Shown here: piece after piece, positions 13,870 through 32,231 of the stretch
Layout of the letters: every line of letters starts with the position of its first letter
How positions within the stretch are numbered: the stretch's first letter is position 1
Assembly: GCA_051362555.1 (NCBI GenBank)
Contig: CM120642.1
Coordinates: forward strand, 33,232,001 to 33,296,000
Reading direction: 5' to 3'
DNA from: Lingula anatina
Lineage: Eukaryota; Animalia; Brachiopoda
DNA: 64,000 bases
Translations under genes and position numbers: made by a program
The notes under the pieces: model-generated
What the model was told of the DNA's origin: nothing
Database searches by the model: none
Seen by the model: only the letters and a program-made list of their open reading frames with translations

Positions 13870-15074
13870 TTTGTGAGTGTGTGTGTTAAATAAGTGTATG
13901 TGACCTGTAACACGTGTCCTCCTGTTCATTTCAGACCTTAACAGCCCATCATCGAACTCCCCTCCGAGCTGTGGCAGCCGAGGCCAAGCCGTACATCTCA
14001 CCGAACGCACACCACCATTCTATGTCTCCCTACTACATGGACGGCTCCAACTCCAAGAAAAATTTCATGTCAGGTATATTCCAAGGCAACACCATGATTG
14101 TTGTCTTATTAATCTTTGAAATTAGAATTTTGAAGTTAGAATTTTGACTAGCTGAATCATAGTTCTAATCGATACCAAATGGCACCGTTCGCCCTCTAAA
14201 ATACCAAAATTTTTCGAGGTACCCCACGAAACCCATGTCAAGGGGGGGGGGGAGGAGACCCCCCCTCCTTCAAATAATCCCTCCGCCCCTGCTTCTTGTT
14301 GCAAGCTAATACCCTAACGACATATTGCTTTCAGGTTACACTGGCTTCGTCCCTCGGTCTCGGGGTCTCCTGGGTAAAGGCTATCCGTTCATCACCCACC
14401 AAGCTCTGAACGAGTTCACGGACGGCACACAGCTGTACAAACTCAACCTGCACAAACCAGTCACGGTAGAGAGGGTAGAAACGTACAGACTAGACACACA
14501 GCCTATATATCCCACTGAGACTGGCCTGGTGCCTCACTACACGGGACACATACCCGGTGAGTGCTAGTGTAAATGACGGCTCATTCAGAAAAGGGGACTA
14601 ACTAGTCCGAGAATCTGTTGGGACTGAATGCGCCCTTTTTGTAGTTTATTTAACTTTAGACCATTATTGTTTATCAATTCTGGTACAAAATGTAATACAT
14701 GATAAATGAAAAGGTATATAACTCTAAAAGTCCCCGTTTTCAAAAAAAAAAAAAAGTATTTGGTGTGAAGGTGAAGACAAAAGTATAAGACGTACAAAAG
14801 TATCAGACGTGTATTTCACGCGAAAACCTAACATTTGACATTAAATTTCGTACCATATTCTGTTTCTGTTCATTTCACGAGAAAAATGGTTTTAAAGACA
14901 GCATGCAGTTTGAACGAACAACTATTAACAGAGAAACGCTTGGAAACAATCTGTAATAAATTTCATTATTTCCTCTTTTCAGGAGAGAAATTCCGCTACG
15001 GTCGTACCTTCGGGTTCAGTACGCAGAATGCGCTAAGTTCAACGCCTAAACAGATGGTCACTGCTATCGCTTGA
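9477..15074 (+). CDS. FAM166B: FAM166B/CIMIP2B-like ciliary microtubule inner protein (6 exons)
   Basis: Exons about 9477-9538, 10761-10999, 12741-12916, 13935-14073, 14335-14556, 14983-15074 with GT-AG junctions in phase. Repeated family motifs HIPGYGGYCPQ, MVPGYTGFIP, FMSGYTGFVP and LVPHYTGHIPGEKFRYGRTFG. Confidence 0.88.
11945..12340. repeat. Degenerate tandem repeat, ~135-140 bp unit x ~3, intronic
   Basis: Recurrent AATACCCCTATCAAA / TAATAACCCTATCAAACATT blocks and GTTGTTGTTATTGAGGAAAT blocks. Confidence 0.65.
14107..14290. mobile_element. MITE family B fragment (GGGGCGGATC-type), reverse orientation to 35382-35725
   Basis: 14115-14220 is the approximate reverse complement of 35560-35645. 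Ends in CTCCGCCCCTG. Confidence 0.6.
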
Positions 15075-16586
15075 AGAATGAATTCTTGGGGGTCGGGGGG
15101 GGGGGGGGGTCGGGGGTAATTAAGGGGAGGGGCATTAGGTGTTCGGGAATAAGTTTGGGGCTGTTGAACTATTATCAAATAGCTCCAGCAATGAACGAGC
15201 CGGAATGGGGGTGGGGGGACTATATGTAAGTGGAAGTGTTGGGGAAGGGGGGTGGGTAGTACACGTTGGCAAATAAGTTTGGGACGTTGAACAGTTTCGA
15301 AATAGCTCTGAAATAGCAATGAAACATAAATGATTGTCGTTTTGTCGTTTTAAAAAAAGACTTGGACTCTTTCCCACAAACTGAATGTGATCATACCATT
15401 AAAATGGGAAGGGCTAATAAGAAAAATGAAAATGGGATATTAATTCGTATTGTTATCAAAACTTTTTGCCTGCATATGAAAAGGCAATGATATTTTCTCG
15501 CAGACTGAACATATCCATGCCTTAATCTTGAGATGGTGCAAAGACCATGACATGACAATCGAAAAGGAACATTAGTTGCTCATCGTGGATATGTAATTTC
15601 TATATCAAAATTATATTTGATATATGGAGCTGACTTTTACTCTGCGTACCTCAAGCGAACATGACAATCAACTTTATACAAGTGCTTATCGACATGGCAC
15701 TTGCTGTACGTCTTTCAATTTTTCCTGTGCATAATAATGACTGTTATTGCTGGAATTTGCTCAATTTTCGTGGTATTTTCCGACAAGATTGTATCTACGC
15801 AATGTTTTAGAAGTCTGTGGTAAGCGTAGCTGCTACTTGGTTTGATTGAAACAGTTTCTGACTTAAGAGTGTGATCTCTCACAACTTTGCCTTTTTCTTT
15901 TAGTTTTCGGTGCAGGCATCCTTTATTTGAGGTATAATTTTAAGTTTTATCTTTCCTGATACTTTGTCAAGCAGATAGCTCAAGCGTACAGGTTTAGATT
16001 AGTGCAGAACCATTTACTGAACAACTGTAAATGATCAACGCCTATATTATCTACGAAGAGATTTTCTTCTTGACGAGTCCCGATTACAATCTGCACTTTT
16101 GTGACAGCGAATGTTGACATTGTTCACTTAGTCACTATTGTTAAACATTTTAAATGGAAATAAAACATTTATATATCAAATAGACGTATTTTATGTGTTG
16201 GTTAGGCCTATCATTCCTCGCGTTTCGCTGAACGCAAGAGTCCGACTTTTGAAACATTTTAATGAATTCAATATAGATGGTTTATAATAAACATAACATG
16301 TACTAGTAGATGTTAACAACTCATAAGAAACAAAGATTTCCGTCCGTACATCGGGACTTATAATAAACGTAACAGTGTTTTGTAGATTAAATTTCAATGT
16401 TTAATGCCGCGTTCAAGATTATTTATTGTTTGTCTATTTATTCGTCTTTATTTAGGTGTCTATCAGGAGATTATTTATCTATTTATTTATTTATTAATTT
16501 TACATTTTGAAGAATCATTTATAATATCTTATTCAACTGCTCAGTATGGACAAACTGTTTAAATATTTATTTAATACATAAAAATC

Positions 16587-16587
<1 letters not shown>

Positions 16588-16653
<66 letters not shown>
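16588..16653. repeat. (AAT)n microsatellite
   Basis: Seen directly. Confidence 0.95.
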
Positions 16654-16656
<3 letters not shown>

Positions 16657-17036
16657 CCAATTGAATATATGTGTGATCTACATTGGTCATACCTCTTTGA
16701 TTAACTGATAAAAATAACAATCCTAAAATAAAATATTGAGCCTTTTAAGCTATGGCCAAAAGAGTGAAAATGATTTCTGATGCGAAAAAGGATGAAAAGA
16801 ACAACGAAAAGTGTAACCAGCATAAAATAAAATTGGTAAAGACAGATCAGGACCATGTGTTACTTATTTGATAACTCTTTTAAATGAAGTTGTTACAAAA
16901 TGCACTTCATAACTCGTCGTTTCGGTCGTTTTGAAAAAATAAATTGTTAACGATTACATTTTAAGAATTTTAAGGGGACATTCGTATCTTGAGCTTTTCT
17001 TGCAAAAATGAAAACATGTTTGTCGCCGATATTAAT

Positions 17037-17045
17037 TCACGTGAC
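17037..17045. promoter_or_regulatory. CLEAR-like E-box (TFEB/MiT site) upstream of arylsulfatase B
   Basis: TCACGTGAC about 60 bp before the ATG of a lysosomal hydrolase gene. The CLEAR consensus is GTCACGTGAC. Confidence 0.55.
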
Positions 17046-17104
17046 CACAACAAGGCGTAACAGGCGCATGCAATGGCTCGAATGTGAAGCAACAAAGTGT
17101 GAAA

Positions 17105-23299
<6,195 letters not shown>

Positions 23300-23946
23300 T
23301 ACCAGGGGGGGGGGGGGTCCAGGATTTTAAAGTGGGGGGTGGGTCAGTTTTCTCAACTCGGGTGTCTACTGTTATTGCTGTAAAAACTTTTATGCAACCT
23401 GAAATTTCTCATGCAGTCTGATGTATCAACAGGCTCAGTCAAAAAAGGATGACCTAATCTCCTAACTTCTCATTTAAGTCACCCTTAATTACTTACTGTC
23501 CTTAAATACATATATTTGAAGTTGGGGTGTTGGAATATTTGTTGAGATGAAGATTCTGTCAGTGGCCCTAACACTGATTAAACTCTTATGAAGAGGTATG
23601 GGACCACTGAGATTACATATTTTTTGTTGCATAATATATGAATAACCTCAGACCAGGATAATTTCAGACTCAAAATTTGTGAAAAATATGTTATTTGGTG
23701 TCCAGATATGTGCATTTTGAATTGATTTATCAATTTATTTATTTTTTATAAAATTAATTTAAATATGTTAGAATGATCTAGTGTGATGTTGATGATGTGT
23801 GGTTTGGATAGGCATTATAAAACAGTAAAGGAATGTTTTTATATTTGGTGGAAGTTTGAAGACTTTCAGCTTTTTACAGAATATTGACATTTGAACAAAT
23901 AAAATGAAATCCAATATATTTTATAGCATCCAAATCAGCTGACTTA

Positions 23947-24178
23947 GCGCTCGTTCACATGAAAAATCTATTTTCTAAAAATCTATTGGCGGTATCTTGT
24001 GATCACGGTCTGTGCCCTGAATACCCCACGGCGTAATTACTGGCAGCGCGAGCCAGTTACTTCCAAAGCGTCAAGGTATGAGAATCTCCTCCGAGTGCAG
24101 CCGAGAATTAATTACAGCTTTGGAAGTAACTACCGCCAATAGATTTTTAGAAAATAGATTTTTCATGTGAACGAACCC
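23947..24178. mobile_element. MITE, PIF/Harbinger-like
   Basis: About 45-bp TIRs TCGTTCACATGAAAAATCTATTTTCTAAAAATCTATTGGCGGTA and its reverse complement; TTA/TAA flanks. Confidence 0.8.
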
Positions 24179-24350
24179 TAAAAGGTGTAGATTTATTTAG
24201 GTGTATTTGTAGTCTAATTACAAAAGTTCACTTTTGAGATGAAATTCATAGTAGAATAATTGTTATAATTTTTTTTTGGTAAAAAATTGCATCTTTTTCA
24301 GATGACATTATGTAAATTTATACTACTGTTGATGCTTTTGTGTGCAACCT

Positions 24351-27300
24351 ATTTTTATGTACAGACACAGATGTGTCTGTACATATTGCCATCACCTGCG
24401 TCTGTCGTCGCCGATGCCGATGCCGATGCCGATGCCGATGCCGATGCCGATGCCGATGCCGTCGCCGTGCACTTTCCTTGTAAACACGATAAGTGGAAGG
24501 CAGTTTTACTTTTTGGCTTTATATTTACAGAGCTGATGAATATTCATAAAACGCAGGTCAAGTTCGAAAATCAGCATGATCGGGCCATTATTGTAGCAGT
24601 TATGCTGTTTTTTCACTTTTCAGCATATATACAACCTTGTAAACACATTTTAAGGAAAACTGTTAGGCCTGTTGTCATGAAACTCACAGGAGTAATCAAT
24701 CTTACTAAAACGCAGGTCAAGTTCAAAAATCAGCATGATCGGGCCACTATTTTAGTAGTTATGCGTTTTTTTCATTGTTCAGCATATATGCAACACTGTA
24801 AACACAATATAAGAAAAACAGAAAGCCCAATTGTCATTAAACTCACAGGAATGGTCAGTCTTACTAAAACGCAGGTTGAGTTCGAAAATCAGCATAATCG
24901 GGGCATTACTTTAGAAGTTATGCTGCTTTTTCACATTTCTTCAGATTTCCTCAGATTTAATTCTTAGGCATGTTAATAGCCTTATTATTTAAGTAATAAG
25001 ATACGTAAAAGTGTTTGTTTGACATTTCCTGCATCTGTACAACATTGTTAGTTGATTATGTAAAAATGATGGTAAACTTGTTATCGTGTATTGTGTAATA
25101 AAGTGTCAAAAATGGAAATAAACTCATATCATTGCAGTTTGTCAGATTCAATCATTCACTATGTTCAGAATCTCAGAATGGAAGAAATTGGACATTTAAC
25201 ACTGTTCTATTGATATTTTTCACATCTCATCAATTTTCTTAGTTGATCTTATAAAAATGGCAGTAACCTATTAATTTTGTTTTATGTTAAAAAAGTGTTA
25301 AAAATGGAAATAAACCCATTTCAGAACAGTGCAGTCTTGTTTACATTGTGGCATCTTTAAGGCGTGACTTTGAAGTTCCATCGGCCTAAAAACCTTTGTT
25401 AGTCATGTTTACTATTTGTCCATGATACTAATATTTTATTATTAAAAATTGATGATCATTATGCTGTTAAACATTATGTAATATTGCATCAAAATTTGAA
25501 AAAAACCAATTTTGGGCACTGCTTCCATGATGACCATTTAAGAAAAACCATGTCACTTACTGTTCTCAAACAGTACAGTTAATATGTACAGATGTGTCTG
25601 TACATATTGCCATCACCTGTGTCTGTCGTCGCCGTCGTTGCTGTCACTGTCGCTGTCGCCGGCGCCATGCACTTTCATTGTAAACACGATAAGTGGAAGG
25701 CAGTTTTACTTTTTGGCTGTATATTTACAGAGCTGATGAATATTCGTAAAATGCAGGTCAAGTTCGAAAATCAGCATGATTGGGCCATTAATGTAGAAGT
25801 TATGCTGTTTTTTCACTTTTCAGCATATATGCAACACTGTAAACACATTTCAAGGAAAACCTATAAGCTTTTTGTCATGAAACTCACAGGAGTAATCGAT
25901 CTTACTATAACGCAGGTCAAGTTCGAAAATCCGCATGATCGGGCCACTATTTAAGTAGTTATGCTTTTTTTTCACTTTTCAGCATATATGCAACACTGTA
26001 AACACAATATAAGAAAAACAGATAGGCCAATTGTCATTAAACTCACAGGAGTGGTCATTCCTGCTAAAACGCAGGTTGAGTTCAAAAATCAGCATAATCG
26101 GGCCATTATTTAAAAAAAATGCAGTTTTTTCACATTTCCTCAGATTTAATTCTTAGGCATGTAAACAGTTTCATTATTGAACTAATAAGATACGTAAAAG
26201 TGTTTGCTTGGCATTTCCTGCAATTTTACAACATTATTAGTTGATTATGTAAAAATGATGGTAAACTTGTTATCGTGTATTGTGTAATAAAGTTTCAAAA
26301 ATGGAAATAAACTCATATCATTGCAGTTCGTCAGATTCAATCATTCACTATGTTCAGAATCTCAGAATGGAAGAGATTGGACATTTAACACTGCTCTGTT
26401 GATATTTTTCCCATCTCATCAATTTTCTTAGTTGATCATATAAAAACGGCAGAAAACTGTTAATTTTGTTTTATGTTAAAAATTGTTAAAAATGGAAAAA
26501 AAAAACATTTCAGAACAGTGCTGTCTCGTTTACATTTTGGCATTTTCAAGTTGTGACTTTGAAGTTCCATGGGCCTGAAGACCTTTGCTAGTCACATTTT
26601 CTGAATATCCATAATACTAATATTTTATTATTAAAGTTGATGGTCATTATGCTGTTAAACAATATGTAATATTGCATCTAAATTTGAAAAAAAAAAACTA
26701 TTTTGGGCACTGCTCCCATGATGACCATTTAAGAAAAACCATGTCATTTACTGTTCTCAAACTTACAGGAAAGAAACATGGGACTAAAATACAGCTTCAG
26801 TAGGAAATACAGTCTGTTTGGTAATTCTTACTGCCAGTTAAACAGTTATTTTGTGAAAATTTAATTTTTCACATATTGGCATTTTTAAGGTGTGACTTTG
26901 AAGTTCCACGGGCTTGAAGACCCATGCTAGTCACATTTTCTGAAAATCCATGATACGTATATTTTATTATTAAAAATTGACGGTCATTATGCTGTTAACC
27001 ATTATGTAATATTGCATCAGAATAGAAGAAAACACAATTTTGGGTGCTGCTGCCATGATGACCATTATGGGAAAACCATGTTACTTATGATTGCCAAACT
27101 TTCAAAAAAGAAATACAGGACTAAAATGCAGTCTGAGTTGGAAAAGCAGTCTAAGTGACTTCTTTTTCTGGAAGTTATACATTTTCAAAGTGTAAACTTG
27201 TCACATATTTTAATTACATTGGTATTACCTGTTGAGGATAATTAAAATTTGATGTTGAATTTGCAGTTTAACATAATGTATTTTTGCATCAGAATTGACA

Positions 27301-27371
27301 GTAGCCTATTTTGTGCATAATAGTTATTTCCTGTTTTTTGTCTGTACATTTGACAGCTTTGCTGCCTTGTT
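24351..27371 (+). mobile_element. Helentron-associated non-autonomous element (HINE/DINE-1-like), partial tandem dimer
   Basis: Starts in a T-run with palindrome ATGTACAGACACAGATGTGTCTGTACAT, then a (GCCGAT)n microsatellite and ~160-bp internal repeats. A second unit restarts at about 25584. Ends with subterminal TGTCTGTACAT, a short hairpin CAGCTTTGCTG and TGTT. Same family as 57595-61897. Confidence 0.78.
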
Positions 27372-28574
27372 TCATATGTTTACTTGCATGAGATGAAAGT
27401 GACAGCTGTCATTTTTATCATATTTACACTAGCTTAAGAAAAACTAAATGGAAATAGAATGAAATATTTCGTAGGGGTATTCAGCAAAGGATTAATATGG
27501 TTAATTTTGTTAATTTATGGTTTATCTTGGACAATAATTCTGGGAGGTTTTAGGAATTTTCAAAATAACTTTGCAGTATTGGAGGATTTAGTGGAGGCTA
27601 TTTCTTTATTTCTATTGAATTATTTAAAATGTTGCTTAAATGATATTATGTGTTCCAGTGATCATTTTGCAATTTCTACATTTCCTTTTATTTTTTAAAG
27701 GGAAAAAAAGAAATCCACGTGTTATGATATGAGTGATGATATGTTTTGCCAGTTAAGAAAAAATATCATTGATTGATAAAAAGAAGTTTTTTGTTAATGT
27801 TGTAAGTAGTAACATTCCAAAGGGGTTTTCCTTCTCCTAAAGCTTTGCTATACTATAGTGTATAGTCCTCTGTCAGTGGATGTGCACATTATCCTTGCAT
27901 TTTTGTGACAGAAAATTGATATGCAGCAGCAAGTGACAAAGCAATAAGCAGGTTCTTAAATATGCATGTTATCAGCAATGCCAGCAACTATACTGTATGG
28001 TATTAATCTCATGTTCAATATGTCGTGTGTGAACACTGATCTAATCTATCGATCAACAAATGTTTCGATAATACACATATTGTTTTGTGATAAAATATCT
28101 AAGCCAATAATATCTCAAACCCTTTATCAGTTAGTTTGATTTTTTAAATGCAGGGATTTTTGATGACTGACACATATAAAAACAAAAATGGATTCAGCAT
28201 ATTGTATTAAATATTATTTACAGACATATTAGTTGACATGTCATTTACTGATGTTAAAGAATAATTAAATAAACTTTTGGAATGGTGGGCATTTGTTTTT
28301 GTTCAAATCAAATCCTGGAGAAAATGCTGATTTGACAATTAAAATTTTGAAATACCATAAGAGGAAAAAAACAAGCAATGCACAAAGATAATTTACTATA
28401 AAGTAATTATATTTTTAACATTGAAACTTCTTTCCTCTCTAAATATACAATTAAAGAGGCAGTTGGTTAGTTGCACGCAAAATAAATAAATAAATAAAAT
28501 CTGGTAATGATCTCATCTTGTGCCAAGTAATCATAACAAAACAACATCGAAAGCTATTTGTCGTCCTTTTTAAA

Positions 28575-31251
28575 ATGGCGATAACACGAAGACAGAAGGG
28601 TGCGCAGGAAAAAAGTGATAAACATCAAGAAAAAGAAGCAAAGAAGGAGCAGTTGGTGGTTTTATCAGACAGTTCAAGTGATGGAGACAGTAGTGATCAA
28701 GACACAGATTCTGAATTAGAAGATTTAGTTCAACGTGCATATGACACAATCAAGGCAACAGCAACACGTGTTTCCTCGACAAAACACGCGAAAGACGGAG
28801 AACAGACAGACGCAGGGTTAGGTTTTATAATTGATACCAACCCTGGCACGTCGACCGATATGTCACTGTTGACTAGTCCTGAGGGTAAATCAAAAGGAAT
28901 TAACGATGAGGAGGATTCATCTGGAGAGTCGAATGAAGAAGACGGGTCTTCGGAGGCGGAGGATGGAAACGCCGGAGGTGGCAGAAAGACGTTACCTGTG
29001 AAAAGAACAGCCAAGAAATCGAAAAAACCAAGAAAGAATTCAGTTGAAAAATCTAGGAAAGACGAGTATGTCAAAAATGCGTTGTGAATGTCATGTACTT
29101 TCAAGGATGAGTTTAATAAGCATTGAGAGTTACTTTATTTGTTTTAGTATTCCTTTATGTACTCCTAGCATCTTTTGGTACTGATGTTATGCTTTAACAA
29201 TGAAGAAGATTTCCTTCATTTTGAATATGAAATGTGTTATTGTCATTGTCAATGTGGGTATTGGTGATTCAATGTTTCCTAATTTAAGTATATTTTAAAT
29301 ATTTATTATTATTTTCATTATTTATTGTTGAGAAGTAGAAAACGCAGACATGATAAATGTTTTAGTGATGCTTCTTTTGAGGAACAATAACATCATCTTC
29401 CCTTTCTACAAATAGTGAAAATAAGTTTTGTATGGTACCAGAACACATAATAATAAATAATAATAATAATAATTTTTTTAAGAATTATAAATTATCATTT
29501 CACTCATTTAGAGCATTTTAAATGCCATTTAAATGCCTTCATTTGCCCTCTAGGTTGGAGCTTTCATCCTCCTTGCAGTGTAGTGTGAGTCTAGAGGACG
29601 GCTACTTAAATGTGAACACGTACCATGCCCCAAAACTACACAATCCTAAAGTGGACAAGATGCTGCTGAAGTTGGGGAACCAGGATGAGGTAGGACATCC
29701 TGATTTGTGTTATGCTTTTTTAATGCAATATTAAGCTTAAAATATGCATAAATAGGTCATTGTGATCCTTTTCACCAAATTAGACAAAGTTTTGTGGCAG
29801 ATATATTATTGCTTATGTCAACTGTTTATAAGTATTCCACATTTGAAACAATCAACAATAATGCTACTCAGTTTCCTAAAACAAAGAACTGAATAATATT
29901 ATGTGATTTTTGCAGATAATGAAGAAAAGCATCATAACCTCTGATTTTGAGAAGAAACACAATGTTCCCTCATTTGCAGAGAGCCTGAACCAGTTGAAAA
30001 AACAGAGACGAGTATGTATCACAACTTATCAAAACTGTCAATATCGACTTTCTACATCCTTTGTGGTTGCGATTTATTCAATCTTTTGGCAACCTGACAT
30101 GCGCCGCAAGTCATTTTTTTCCTGTTTGATGAAAATTGGTTTAGGACTAGGGACATGAAATAATATTTTTAGAAAAAATGTCCATCTTTTAAAGAAAGCT
30201 ATAAATTGATGCAAGACTGATGACCTTTTTTAGAATTTTCAAATTTGACTAACCAGAGAGGTTTCATTTTTATACATTCACATATTATTTCAGGCTGAGC
30301 GAGATAAGACAAAGGGCAAGAAATGGTTTGACATGCCAGCTACGGAGATGACAGAAGAGCGCAAGAATGACCTGATGGTGCTGCACATGAGAAGAGCTCT
30401 CGACCCAAAAAGATTTTACAAGGGGAATGACATCCATGCATTGCCAAAGTTCTTCCAGGTACAAAAACAAGTTGCCTTGATTGAGGTTATTAAAAAAGAC
30501 CACTTGTACAGAAATTTTCCTAAATATTAAACTTTGGTGAAATATGGTGATGAAGAACAGAATGTGCATTATCATGTGGTGTGGAGTATTATGTAAAATG
30601 TTAATTTTTTTTTACAGATGGGTACAGTTATGGAATCACCTGTGGATTTTTACCATGACAGAGTACCCAAGAAGTCAAGGAAGAAGACATTTGTGGATGA
30701 GCTGTTAGATGATGCAGAATTTAGACAGTATGTACTGAATATTGATTCGAAATTTTCTGCCAGCATATTTCCAATGATTGCATGTGTTTTGTCCAACAAC
30801 GTGTTTAGATTTTTTTTTTACCCAGGTTTATGTCTTACAGTCTGAATAATAAAAAGGTGTTGCTAAGAACCTGTTGAAGTTATTTGTAGGTCTTTTTTGT
30901 AAGTCTTTATTAGATTGGATTAAAATTTTTGGTGTGCATTTTGCAACTTGTTTTATGAATGTAATTAAAACAGAAATTTCCATAATGTTCAAACATGCTT
31001 CCATTATAGGTGGAGCTTAACTGTAGGCTACTGTTTTGCCAAACTTATAAATTTTAATAGGTAATTTTTATCTTAATGTACAGTTTTGTTAACTTTTAGA
31101 GATAGAATATGTAGCTTAGAGAAAAGAGAAGTTGAGATTTTTCTTTTTTTTCAGATTTAACAAAAGGAAGTATGCAGAAATACAAGAAGCCACCAGAAAG
31201 GCTAGAGGACCTCACAAGCATATGAAAAGACTGAAAAAGAAAAAGAAATGA
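28575..31251 (+). CDS. DNTTIP2: DNTTIP2 / Fcf2 pre-rRNA processing protein (6 exons)
   Basis: Acidic/basic N-terminus with FIID. Fcf2 domain GKKWFDMPATEMTEERKNDLMVLHMRRALDPKRFYK...PKFFQMGTVMESPVDFYHDRVPKKSRKKTFVDELL. Exons about 28575-29065, 29554-29689, 29916-30011, 30294-30458, 30618-30727, 31155-31251. Confidence 0.92.
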
Positions 31252-32231
31252 AACTAACTCATATTCAGTTGGTCTCTGTCAAATAGAAATCTCTGACATT
31301 CTATACATTTTGGCAGCTTAAGCAAAGATGTGTGAGTAAATGGGATCTGTAATTATCAGGAGAACAGGAGGACAGAGTTGATGACAATATGTTTATTCTT
31401 AAAATTTATTGTATGTGGGATCCATGGCCGCAGTGCAAGTAGAAGACAATACAGTACATTAAACTATGTAAACATTCAGAAAATACTTTCAAAAATTCAG
31501 TATCTTACATGGATTGTGATTTGAAAAAAATTCTTATAATTTTTACAAGTTGTTTTTCAAGTTCTTATGAAATATGAGGTACAATGTGTATAGCATTTTC
31601 AACATGATGATGAAAAAAATAAGAATCGTCTGTTTTATCAATTCCCTGTTCTCAAGACAAATCAAATATTTTCAAAATTCATCTGACTATATATATATAT
31701 ATATACATTTTATGAAATCATATTATGCATGTATGAACATGATATCTACTGTTATTAAAACAACCTTAAATCACCTGAAACCACTGAAATAATGCATTTG
31801 GTGCAACATTGCTACTTAACTGAACCCAAATACTGTATGTCACCTGCACACATCGCTCCTTCAAAAATTGTCCCTCAACTGTGCCCCCTCCCATAAAAAT
31901 ATTGCCAGTCAACTCCCTCCCTACACACACACACTCCCCCCACCCCACCCAAAAGATATATCTACCTACGTTGGCACGGACTGCAACTGAAGAGAAATTT
32001 GACCATAAGTGTCAATTGAGATTTCATTACTGGGCTGCAAATGCACCTGAATACTATGAAATCTCAGATAAACTCATGACAAAACTGTAAATACACCTGA
32101 ATTCTACAAAATTCCAGTTAAGCTGTCATAACAAGACTAAATGCACTTAATGCTACAAGTACAAAAATTTCCCTGAACAGTGATTCCCTGGCAAAGTAAA
32201 TATGAGACTGGAGCTAAATGTCTTGTAACTC

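Noticed and set aside
24287-24967. 226-aa ORF with poly-AD and repeated KHxxxKT...QVKFENQHDRA units (also 25592-25954 and 57826-58433)
   Set aside because: It is a translation of the HINE microsatellite and 160-bp repeats. Other copies contain stops and frameshifts, so it is not treated as a gene.
28730-29104. 124-aa minus-strand ORF, and similar shadows at 743-1162 and 44027-44338
   Set aside because: Antisense or alternative-frame shadows of DNTTIP2, the GPCR and PIGC.
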